The notes under the pieces were generated by a model. That model searched no databases. It saw only the letters and a program-made list of their open reading frames with translations, and was not told where the DNA came from. Below, piece by piece: positions 27,139 to 35,061 of a stretch of 36,414 nt of DNA. Within the stretch, counting starts at the first letter, position 1; each line of letters starts with the position of its first letter. A program made the translations under genes and the position numbers. Source of the DNA: Nitrosomonadales bacterium. Its GTDB lineage: Bacteria; Pseudomonadota; Gammaproteobacteria; Burkholderiales; Gallionellaceae. The stretch lies in assembly GCA_016218465.1 (NCBI GenBank), contig JACREA010000084.1, positions 1 through 36,414 of the forward strand. The letters run 5' to 3'.

Positions 27139-27314
27139 GATGATCCGGAACCACACCAGAAACCCGCTCGGGTACGGAGTGCATTATCAGTGGCAGAAGT
27201 CTTTTTGAATGGCTGAATAAAGGGAAAAACCCGTGCCTTTTCGCTTAATGTGGATTGGGGTCTGTCGGGTATCGTGCCATCACTTGGAAAATGTCTTTGC
27301 ACAAGAGGAAATAT

Positions 27315-27635
27315 ATGAATACACCGGCAGTGGACAACTTATTGGCGCAAATGCGCGTTGCGGCGGCGGCAGCGGGATTGCGCGAACCAGGCCAGGCAGC
27401 GCAGCCAGGAAAAGCGGATTTTTCCGATGTGCTGAAATCGTCATTGGACGGAGTGGCGCAGGCTCAAGCCAGGTCGGAAGCCATGCAAAAAGCTTTTGTG
27501 CTGGGCGATGACCGGGTCAGCCTGAGCGACACCATGATTGCGATGCAGAAAGCCAGTATCAATTTCCAGACTACCGTTCAGGTGCGCAACAAATTTATAC
27601 AGGCCTACAACGACATCATGAACATGCAGGTTTAA
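27315..27635 (+). CDS. fliE: Hook-basal body protein FliE
   Basis: QVRNKFIQAYNDIMNMQV C-terminus; divergent from fliF. Confidence 0.96.
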   Translation: MNTPAVDNLLAQMRVAAAAAGLREPGQAAQPGKADFSDVLKSSLDGVAQAQARSEAMQKAFVLGDDRVSLSDTMIAMQKASINFQTTVQVRNKFIQAYNDIMNMQV

Positions 27636-27766
27636 TGTATAAACTCGCGTAGCGGTCCATTCGCTCCTCGCCCGCAAGGCCGTATAACCAGCGGTTTGGC
27701 TGTCGTTTTTTCACAGCATGGACGGATGGCCAGTTACATCAGAGGTTTGGGAAGATGGAAACGGGC
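27630..27766 (-). repeat. Degenerate CCCTCTCCC-family element (A1) carrying the mini-element
   Basis: GTTTAATGTATAAACTCGCGTAGCG...CCTCGCCCGCAAG...[57 bp]AGAGGTTTGGGAAGATGGAAACGGGC. Confidence 0.7.
27684..27740 (-). mobile_element. Hairpin mini-element, degenerate copy 4 (57 bp)
   Basis: Minus strand GATGTAACTGGCCATCCGTCCATGCTGT...ACAGCCAAACCGCTGGTTAT, preceded by CCTCT. Confidence 0.65.
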
Positions 27767-27789
27767 GATGGTTATCGTAAATGACTTCT

Positions 27790-27812
27790 GGCAATTCATG
27801 AATTGCACCCTA
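27790..27812 (-). repeat. GTAG-type REP-like palindrome overlapping the ycgR stop
   Basis: Minus strand TAGGGT-GCAATTCATGAATTGC-C; perfect 16-bp palindrome at 27791-27806. Confidence 0.55.
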
Positions 27813-28568
27813 TGGTGTTCTGGCTTTGGCAGCACGCTGCATATTCATCACATAGCGTTGCAACAAAATGATGGACTGCCCATCAAGATCCTTGAATTCG
27901 CAGCCGGCGCGCTTTTGTTCATGACCCGAGGCCGATGTCAATATAACCAGGTTTCTTACCACTATCGTCCCGATGATCGTGCCTGCTTCCGGCAGATCGA
28001 TCCGGCAATTTGGATAAGATTCGCCGGGAACGAGTTCTATATCGGACTCCGAGCAAGTCAGTCCAACGCCGCCGCAACTGATATCCATGATGATGATCTC
28101 GTGCGTTCGTTTTTTGGCAGGCTTTTCCACGGGAATGACACAGCGTAACGGCTCGCTTGCCGGAACCGCAAGCCGGTAATATTCGCGCCGCTGCAGCCGG
28201 TAAATGCTGTCAGGCAAGGGCAGATAAAAGGCGGGGTAACCTTGATACACCACGCTGCTGGCATGATTGGCGGTAAACTGTACCTTGACCTGTAAATGAG
28301 AGCTGACGAAAACCAGTTTACTGCTCGTGGCGATGCGCTGGTTGTCCGGGCCGCTCGGGCTTTGCTCAAGCCATAAGCCCGTGCTGTCAACACCCAGTAG
28401 CGTGGTCAGAATGAAGTCATCCGTATCGCCGGAATAAAGCGCGACGCGAGATGTCTTTTCGGCGATGTTTTGCAGGACAAATTCAATTTCCTTTTTTGAA
28501 GTGATGCGATGCCTGCCATCATCTTTACTGGTGAATATTTCAATTTTCAGGGAGATATCTTTTTCCAT
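27810..28568 (-). CDS. ycgR: c-di-GMP flagellar brake, YcgR family (PilZ domain)
   Basis: PilZ motifs QRREYYR (RxxxR) and DISCGG (DxSxxG), with a YcgR-N-like N-terminal half. Confidence 0.9.
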   Translation of the reverse strand: MEKDISLKIEIFTSKDDGRHRITSKKEIEFVLQNIAEKTSRVALYSGDTDDFILTTLLGVDSTGLWLEQSPSGPDNQRIATSSKLVFVSSHLQVKVQFTANHASSVVYQGYPAFYLPLPDSIYRLQRREYYRLAVPASEPLRCVIPVEKPAKKRTHEIIIMDISCGGVGLTCSESDIELVPGESYPNCRIDLPEAGTIIGTIVVRNLVILTSASGHEQKRAGCEFKDLDGQSIILLQRYVMNMQRAAKARTP

Positions 28569-28610
28569 GCCAATGCCGTGCCTGTCAAATCGTTACGCAT
28601 GATAACAAAA

Positions 28611-28913
28611 CTATGGCCGGGCGATTGGCGGAACAGCAGGGGTATTTTCGTGTTCCAGGCGATATAACCAGGCGAGCAGTTCGGCCACGGCCAGATAAAG
28701 CTGAGGGGGTATTTCCTGGTCGAGCTCGACCTTCATCAGCAATCCGACCAAATCTTCGGACTCGTGGACAAAAATACCGTGCTGCCTGGCGCGCTCAATG
28801 ATTGCCTGTGCGATCAGGCCATGCCCCTTGGCGACGACTTTCGGCGCGCCCTTGTTTTGACCGTAGGTCAGCGCGACGGCGATTTGTTGTGGTGTAGGGG
28901 TGGATTGCTTCAT
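28611..28913 (-). CDS. Stand-alone FlhB C-terminal-like protein (EscU/YscU/HrcU family)
   Basis: AVALTY, APKVVAKG and EIPPQLYLAVAELLAWLY motifs; 100 aa. Confidence 0.9.
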   Translation of the reverse strand: MKQSTPTPQQIAVALTYGQNKGAPKVVAKGHGLIAQAIIERARQHGIFVHESEDLVGLLMKVELDQEIPPQLYLAVAELLAWLYRLEHENTPAVPPIARP

Positions 28914-29998
28914 GACTTTTCCACTACAGTAGCGACCAACGGAATGTCAGCATCGGCAAGTGAATTCTTGAGCCTGGGCAGGTTTCGGTTGAACAGGTCA
29001 ACAGTTGCCGGATCTGCCGCATGCAACGTCAGCCGCAGCCCGCTTTCAGCAAAGACCAGGCGGGCATGTACATCGCCCAATCCGGGTAAAGCCAATTCCA
29101 TTTCAGTGCTCCACTGGCGTTCACTTTGTTGCTGGGTCTGTTGCTCCGGCTCACCCTGAATTTCCCACTGCATCTGCTGTCCCGGCCAGACTTGGCCCAT
29201 CCACACCAGGTGATGGTGTTCGAGCGTGTGAAGTTGTTGCTGCACCAATGGCAACAATTCCTTGGCTATCGGAAGGGCGGTATCTCCGGCAGATTTCGCC
29301 ATCAATGGGGTATCAGACTGCGATTGCGCCATGAAAACCTTGCCGGGCGATGCCTGTCCTGACCCTTCGGCTGCGCTCAGGACTAAAGGCGTTGTCGAAG
29401 CGGCCTGCTGTCCGGTGGGGGATAGCAGCAAACTTTTCCCCGTGAGCATATTTTGCGGTTCTTCCAACAATTGATTCGTGCTGCGCTCGCCACGAACCCA
29501 CTGTGCCTGGTGCGATTCGTAAAACAAGCCGCTTTTACCGAGTGCATCACGCAATGCGCCAGCCAGCAGCATGGTATCCGGCGCTTGTTCTCCGGCGTTC
29601 CAAACCGCCTTGTTGCCAAGTTGCTGAACAATTGGCCTTTCGAGCGGCAGCTCCGCAAGATTGGAAAGTATGCGTGCCGTGGCGCCGATCTGTTCCGGGG
29701 TGGAAAGCGGGTTGGTCGATGCGGCCATGCTGAAAGCGATTCGCGGCTGGGTTGCAATCACTTCAAGTTTTATTGTGTCGCCGCTCTGGATATTGCCCGG
29801 CAGGCGCATCTGGAGAGTTTGTCCGGCGACCTGAACCTTGAATATTCCTTCGCTTACTTTTGATTGAACGGATGCCTGCAATTGCTGCCCGGGTTCAAGC
29901 CTGGTAACCGGGTTTGGCGTATCGGCGGTAGCCCCGATCAGTGGCTTGCCTGAGCGGGAGAGTAACTGGAGCGCGCTGGTTACATTGGCGGGAAGCAT
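28910..29998 (-). CDS. Second FliK-like protein (Flg_hook C-terminal domain)
   Basis: SGLFYESH, WMGQVWPGQ and WSTEMELALPGLG motifs; ATGA-coupled to the FlhB-C gene. Confidence 0.8.
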   Translation of the reverse strand: MLPANVTSALQLLSRSGKPLIGATADTPNPVTRLEPGQQLQASVQSKVSEGIFKVQVAGQTLQMRLPGNIQSGDTIKLEVIATQPRIAFSMAASTNPLSTPEQIGATARILSNLAELPLERPIVQQLGNKAVWNAGEQAPDTMLLAGALRDALGKSGLFYESHQAQWVRGERSTNQLLEEPQNMLTGKSLLLSPTGQQAASTTPLVLSAAEGSGQASPGKVFMAQSQSDTPLMAKSAGDTALPIAKELLPLVQQQLHTLEHHHLVWMGQVWPGQQMQWEIQGEPEQQTQQQSERQWSTEMELALPGLGDVHARLVFAESGLRLTLHAADPATVDLFNRNLPRLKNSLADADIPLVATVVEKS

Positions 29999-30048
29999 CG
30001 TATGGCAATCACATTGATATTCTAATTAGCGTTACAAACAATAATTTC

Positions 30049-30075
30049 CGTAGGGTGCGTGGAACGCACCCTACG
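30049..30075. repeat. GTAG-type REP-like perfect hairpin; possible terminator after fliT
   Basis: CGTAGGGTGCGT-GGA-ACGCACCCTACG, a 12-bp perfect stem. Confidence 0.75.
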
Positions 30076-30126
30076 TTATTCTGCTCCTATTGCGAACCGA
30101 ATAAACCCGCAGGGAAAATGGAATAA

Positions 30127-30450
30127 TTACCCGCCGTAAGCGTGCTGCAAGCGTTGTTCCTGGCGGTTGCTTTGCATGATACGCTGCAACTGACCCATCC
30201 ATACTTCGGTGTGATTGCGAATTTCGGCATCATCCGCCAGGATTTTCTTGATGAGTTGTATTTTACGTTGCCTGGCCGGCTCATCAAGCTTTGCAGTCGC
30301 GTCTGCCGGTTTCATGGCGGCGACCTGTTGGCTGCATTGCTGTTCGATGCTGACCAGCTTGTCCCATTCGCCCTGCGCGGCCGCTTCACGCATCTGACCG
30401 GTCAGGGCAGACAGCGATTCATAATTGGCAACGACTTGATAAGAGCTCAT
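30127..30450 (-). CDS. fliT: Chaperone FliT
   Basis: AAAQGEWDKL and ILADDAEIR motifs; follows fliS. Confidence 0.92.
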   Translation of the reverse strand: MSSYQVVANYESLSALTGQMREAAAQGEWDKLVSIEQQCSQQVAAMKPADATAKLDEPARQRKIQLIKKILADDAEIRNHTEVWMGQLQRIMQSNRQEQRLQHAYGG

Positions 30451-30453
30451 TGG

Positions 30454-30909
30454 TTACCTTCTTCCATAGGCCAGTTGCACATTAGATGCGGACCTTTGCT
30501 GTGACGTAGCTTGCGCGGCATTGGGGCGGATGCTTTCCCAAGCCTCTTTCAGATCGGTTAACAGACGTGCTACCTCATTCAGGGCGGCCATATCGTTTTT
30601 CAAGTTGGCAGCGGCCAGGCGTGTGCACATATATTCGTACAGCGCAGACAGATTCTGCGCCAATGGGCCGCCCACTTTTTTATCCAGGCTGGCGCTCAGG
30701 CCTTCATCAATAATCGTAATGGCTTTTGAAATTGCCACACCCTTGGCGGGGTTGTCCTTGCGCGCAATGCCATTCTTGGCGTTGGCAACCGCCAGTAACG
30801 CGCCTTGATAGAGCATCGAAATCAGTTTGTGCGGGTCGGCAGAGACAACACTGGATTCGACTCCAACTTTTGCGTAGGCTTTGGTGGCTGTGGCCGCGTT
30901 CATGATCAT
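30454..30909 (-). CDS. fliS: Flagellin chaperone FliS
   Basis: ADPHKLISMLYQGA, NLSALYEYM and LKEAW motifs. Confidence 0.97.
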   Translation of the reverse strand: MIMNAATATKAYAKVGVESSVVSADPHKLISMLYQGALLAVANAKNGIARKDNPAKGVAISKAITIIDEGLSASLDKKVGGPLAQNLSALYEYMCTRLAAANLKNDMAALNEVARLLTDLKEAWESIRPNAAQATSQQRSASNVQLAYGRR

Positions 30910-30918
30910 TCTCCCGGA

Positions 30919-32919
30919 TTATAGTTTGGCAAGTTGCTGGGTTAGATAGATGCTGGTTTGGTTCATGTTGGTTAGCATGCCGTCCAGCGCGGTAAATTGG
31001 GCGCGGTAGCGTTTTTCCACGCCGATCAAACGGGTTTCCAGATCACTGCGGCGCTTGCCGATATCCTTGATGGTGCTGTTAATGCCGTTGGTGGCGCTAG
31101 TGAGAGGCCCATCGCCGGCAAGCATGGAAGCCGACCATTTGCTCAGTGTGCTGGCGTAGCCTTGCGAGTAATTCAATGTGCCGCGCGCACCGGTTGTCCC
31201 GTCGTTGATGAGGATACTCAACCCCTGCGGATCGCCGTTGGCCGCGCTTAAAATTTGGCCAGAGCCGGTCGCGCTTGCGCCGCCGATTGAACCAGCCACA
31301 TCCACACCGTTGTCCTGCGTGGGGATGCCCAGCAGGTCTGTCGCGCCATTGCCGCCGGTGATGGTAACGCTGGATGATGAGCCATACTGGGTCGAGGTGA
31401 TGGTGAGCACGCCGGTAGTCTGGGTAACCGCGACCGAGATTCCTGCATTGGCCAGCGCGGTTACGCTGTTGAGCCTGGACTGCAACTCGGCAGCCAGTGT
31501 CGTTGCGGTATATGACGGGTTGGCGGTCAATACCACTGATGCGCTGATCCCGTTTACCGAGAAGCTCAGTGCGTCATTCACCCCCGCCTGGATATTGGTG
31601 ACAGCAGCGCTTCCTCCACTGAGCTTGCCTTGGGTCGCGATCTGCGTGATGTTCACCGCATAACTGCCTGCCTTGGTCGCGGTAGTGGCATTGTTGAAAC
31701 TGACCAGGCTATCGGTTGCCTTGCCAACCGAAGTGAACAGGCTGGCGACATCGCTGAAATTGCTGGCAATCGCGCTATCCAGTTTGGCTTGATTAAGCGC
31801 CAGAGAGCCGTCCCTTTGCGCAGTGATGCCGATATCGGCGAGCGTGGTCAGCGCACCCGAGGCGCCGGCGACCGGCGTGCTTAACATGCCGCGCAGTTGC
31901 GCTTGCAAGGTGCGCACCGTGCTGTCGCCCTGCAGAGTGGCCGCTTGTTTGGTGGATGAGTCGTAGGCAGACACATTCTTGAGTGTCGCCGCGAGATCGT
32001 TGTACGCCTTTACAAAACTGGAAATAGAGCTGATGATTCCTGCGGTATCGCGCGCCACGGTAAGATTGGCGGTGGCGGCTTCCTTGTTCAGCGTGAAGGT
32101 GACGCCCTGGATCACATCGGAGACGGTGTTGGAAGTCTTGCTAACTGAAATCCCGTTTACCTTGAACACGGCATTTTGAGCGGTGACGGTTTGGTTCAAA
32201 TGCTGGGCGGCTGCCAGTCCGGCAGGGTCATGCGCCATCAGGGCATCTATGGTCCCGTCTCCGCCGCTGGTAGTGATTTTGAGGCTGTTGCTCACGCCAT
32301 TATTGTCCGAGGCCAGCACGAGACGGTAAGGTGCAGCAGTGCCATCGTTGACGATGGTGGCGGTCACGCCGATCCTGGCGGAGTTGATCGCGTCGCGGAT
32401 GCCTTGCAATGAATTGTTGCTGCTGTCTATGGTGATACTCTTGGTGCCACTGCCGTTTGATGCGAAGGTTGCGCCGCTGTAAACGCCGGCGGTCAACGTC
32501 CCACCGCTGATGGCGCCGAAATCGAAAGTAACCGTAGTCGCAACACCATCGCTGATGGCGGCGGTGCTGCTGGTTTGCCCGGTAGCAACCAGTTTTTGCG
32601 CCTGAGACAGGCTGGTTACATCCAGAGAATAAGTGCCTGCCACCGCAATACTGGTGGCAGAGGCAGAAACAACGGTGGCGTCAGAAGGCGTGGCCTTGAG
32701 CGTATTGAACTTGCCCGGGCTGTTCAACCCTTGCAGGGCGGATTGAAAACCGGACACGGCTCCTTTGACGCTGCCGAAAGCGGAGAGCTTGGCTTGGTAG
32801 CTAGCCTCCCTGGTGTTGAGCTTGGCGATCGGCTGGCGTTCGACTGTCATCAGCTGAGTGACGATGCTGTTCACATCAAGACTCGATGTGCCTGTCGCCG
32901 TTGTTGAAGTCGTAGCCAT
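30919..32919 (-). CDS. fliD: Filament cap FliD
   Basis: LDVNSIVTQLM, SNTVSDVIQGVT, FVKAYN and RYRAQFTALD motifs. Confidence 0.97.
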   Translation of the reverse strand: MATTSTTATGTSSLDVNSIVTQLMTVERQPIAKLNTREASYQAKLSAFGSVKGAVSGFQSALQGLNSPGKFNTLKATPSDATVVSASATSIAVAGTYSLDVTSLSQAQKLVATGQTSSTAAISDGVATTVTFDFGAISGGTLTAGVYSGATFASNGSGTKSITIDSSNNSLQGIRDAINSARIGVTATIVNDGTAAPYRLVLASDNNGVSNSLKITTSGGDGTIDALMAHDPAGLAAAQHLNQTVTAQNAVFKVNGISVSKTSNTVSDVIQGVTFTLNKEAATANLTVARDTAGIISSISSFVKAYNDLAATLKNVSAYDSSTKQAATLQGDSTVRTLQAQLRGMLSTPVAGASGALTTLADIGITAQRDGSLALNQAKLDSAIASNFSDVASLFTSVGKATDSLVSFNNATTATKAGSYAVNITQIATQGKLSGGSAAVTNIQAGVNDALSFSVNGISASVVLTANPSYTATTLAAELQSRLNSVTALANAGISVAVTQTTGVLTITSTQYGSSSSVTITGGNGATDLLGIPTQDNGVDVAGSIGGASATGSGQILSAANGDPQGLSILINDGTTGARGTLNYSQGYASTLSKWSASMLAGDGPLTSATNGINSTIKDIGKRRSDLETRLIGVEKRYRAQFTALDGMLTNMNQTSIYLTQQLAKL

Positions 32920-32926
32920 GATCTTG

Positions 32927-33319
32927 CTAAGCTTTTTGTTTTAACAACAAACCTTTTTGGATGTTTTCTATAGCGCGGGAAATCGCCAATGCCTCTTCCG
33001 AGGGGAATTGGCGGATCACATCGCCGGTTTCAGAATCTACCAGTTTGACAATAGATTTTTTAGTGTCCGTGTCCACGGTAAATTCCAGATTCTTGTTCGA
33101 CTGCTTCATTACCTTGTTGATGTTGCCCACTACATTTTGTAGCTGTGTAGCAGATGGTTGCTGTTCGGCCACCTGTTTTGCTGCAGCCTGCTCAAATACA
33201 ACACCAGGCTTGACTTCAACATTTGAGCGGGCGGTAACAACGGCACCGGGTTCACCATCGCTGGTGAACCTGGCAGGCTGTGGAGCTTGAGCCATGTTGC
33301 TGGTATTTTGGATGAGCAT
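32927..33319 (-). CDS. flaG: FlaG family protein
   Basis: LEFTVD, VDSETGDVIRQFPSEEAL and GLLL motifs. Confidence 0.93.
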   Translation of the reverse strand: MLIQNTSNMAQAPQPARFTSDGEPGAVVTARSNVEVKPGVVFEQAAAKQVAEQQPSATQLQNVVGNINKVMKQSNKNLEFTVDTDTKKSIVKLVDSETGDVIRQFPSEEALAISRAIENIQKGLLLKQKA

Positions 33320-33337
33320 TTCGCCTCTCCCTTATCT

Positions 33338-33370
33338 CAAAATCCCAGCCGGATCTTCTCGGCTGGGGTT
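33338..33370 (-). terminator. Probable intrinsic terminator or attenuator after fliC
   Basis: Minus strand CCCAGCCG-AGAAGATC-CGGCTGGG followed by ATTTTG. The short U tract is compatible with read-through into flaG. Confidence 0.6.
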
Positions 33371-33383
33371 GTCACCTTGCCTG

Positions 33384-34883
33384 TTAACGCAACAGAGTCA
33401 ATACGTTTTGTGGCAATTGGTTCGCTTGCGCCAACATCGCCGTACCTGCTTGCTGCAATATCTGGTTACGGGTCAGTTGCGAAGTTTCAGCCGCAAAGTC
33501 GGTATCCATGATGCGGCTGCGTGATGCAGTCAGGTTTTCCGACGTGGTTTGCAGACTGGTCACAACCGATGCGAAACGGTTCTGATAAGCGCCAAGCGAG
33601 GCGCGTGAACTGTTTATTGTGGTGATCGCACCGTCAAGGACAGCCAACGCACTGGTAGCGGCGGCGGCGGTCAGCACGTTCATCGAAGAGATGCTGGACA
33701 CTGACGATACGGTAGTCGGCGCCGTAGTGGCTCTGGTAAAGCCATCAGTACCAACCGCAGCAGCAGCTACACCACCGCCGATCACGATACCTGCCGCGTT
33801 GGTGCTGTTAAGCGTGACTGTGGCATGAGTAGCTACAGCGGCGACTGGACCTACAACGTCTCCGGTAGTCAAACCAAAGGCCGCTAATGCAGCTGCAGCA
33901 GTGGTCGTGCCCGTTGCCAGCAAACTGATGTCACGCCCATCTGCCGCCGTCAAAGTAACAGCGCCAGTGGTTGCATTTGCTGTTGCCGTTACGCCAGTCT
34001 GGTTGCTCACCGAATTGACCGCTGCCGCGACGTTGGCGCCTTGACCGGTGGCCTGGCCACCCGCAGCAATCGCACCGACCGAGATGCCATTTATGGTGAA
34101 ACTGTTGGCGGCAGTGAAGGCGGTAAATACTGACGCTGCCGCACCAGCGACAGTGGTTGCATTCGCTGTTGCAGTGACCCCGGAACTTCCAGAAATGGCA
34201 TTGATGGCCGCGGCTATCGAGTATCCGCTGCCGGTGCTCTGGCCCGGCAAGGCTCCAGCCACTGACGCACCAACCTGGAATCCGTTCAAGGTCAGGTAAC
34301 CGGCAGTCAATGCGGCTGTTGGCGCTGCTGAAGTTACCGTAGCCGAAGTTGTCGCTCCGGCGCTGCCCAATGCGGTGGTGCGTGCGCTGGCAATCGAGCT
34401 GATATCGATCCGGTCGTTTGCAGTAGCGCCAGCACCGACGTGGAAAGTTTGCGCAGTGAACGTGCCATCCAGCAGCTTCGTACCGTTGAATGAGGAGTTT
34501 TGCGCCACACGGTCAATTTCTGCAGCCAGCGATTGCACTTCAGCGTCAAGCGAAGCGCGATCTGATACAGAATTGGTGGCGTTGGCCGATTGCACCGCCA
34601 GGTCACGCATCCGCTGCAAATTGATGCCGATCTGCGCCAGATCACCTTCAGCCGTCTGCGCCAGAGAGATACCATCGTTAGCGTTACGCGAGGCTTGATT
34701 GTTGCCGTTGATTTGTGAGGTCATCCGGCTGGCAATCGCCATCCCCGCTGCGTCGTCCTTGGCGCTGTTGATGCGCAGGCCGGAAGACAAACGCTGCAAA
34801 GAGGTTTGCAGCGCGCTTTGCGAGCTGTTCAGGTTGCGTTGGGCATTCAGGGACGCAATGTTGGTATTAATGAATTGAGGCAT
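33384..34883 (-). CDS. fliC: Flagellin
   Basis: INTNIASLNAQRNL, RLSSGLRINSAKDDAAG, SRIMDTDFA and QANQLPQNVLTLLR motifs. Confidence 0.99.
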   Translation of the reverse strand: MPQFINTNIASLNAQRNLNSSQSALQTSLQRLSSGLRINSAKDDAAGMAIASRMTSQINGNNQASRNANDGISLAQTAEGDLAQIGINLQRMRDLAVQSANATNSVSDRASLDAEVQSLAAEIDRVAQNSSFNGTKLLDGTFTAQTFHVGAGATANDRIDISSIASARTTALGSAGATTSATVTSAAPTAALTAGYLTLNGFQVGASVAGALPGQSTGSGYSIAAAINAISGSSGVTATANATTVAGAAASVFTAFTAANSFTINGISVGAIAAGGQATGQGANVAAAVNSVSNQTGVTATANATTGAVTLTAADGRDISLLATGTTTAAAALAAFGLTTGDVVGPVAAVATHATVTLNSTNAAGIVIGGGVAAAAVGTDGFTRATTAPTTVSSVSSISSMNVLTAAAATSALAVLDGAITTINSSRASLGAYQNRFASVVTSLQTTSENLTASRSRIMDTDFAAETSQLTRNQILQQAGTAMLAQANQLPQNVLTLLR

Positions 34884-34977
34884 TTTGGTTCTCCTTTACT
34901 GGGTTTGTTATCCGGCCTGATTGCCGTTCACATTGGTTAGCCTTTGCTGCCGGGCTCATTAACCGCCGTTATTCCAG

Positions 34978-35004
34978 TTATCGGAAGGAGCGGGGAAAAC
35001 TTTA
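34978..35004 (-). promoter_or_regulatory. Sigma-28 promoter of fliC
   Basis: Minus strand TAAA-gttttccccgctcct (15 nt)-TCCGATAA. Confidence 0.88.
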
Positions 35005-35061
35005 GAAGCATTTTTAAAATTTTCGTTTGATGTGTTTTCCACGGTGCTTTTCAACAATCCG

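Noticed and set aside
27180-27260. FlhDC-type boxes in the fliF/fliE gap, also 4770-4820 and 20790-20850
   Set aside because: AATGGCTGAATAAAGGG-like sequences are suggestive, but I could not align a convincing paired consensus by eye.
28570-28625. Sigma-28 promoter for ycgR
   Set aside because: Only a poor match to TAAA-N15-GCCGATAA.
33384-34883. Enzymatic flagellin (flagellinolysin)
   Set aside because: There is no HExxH motif or enzyme-like insert in the variable region.
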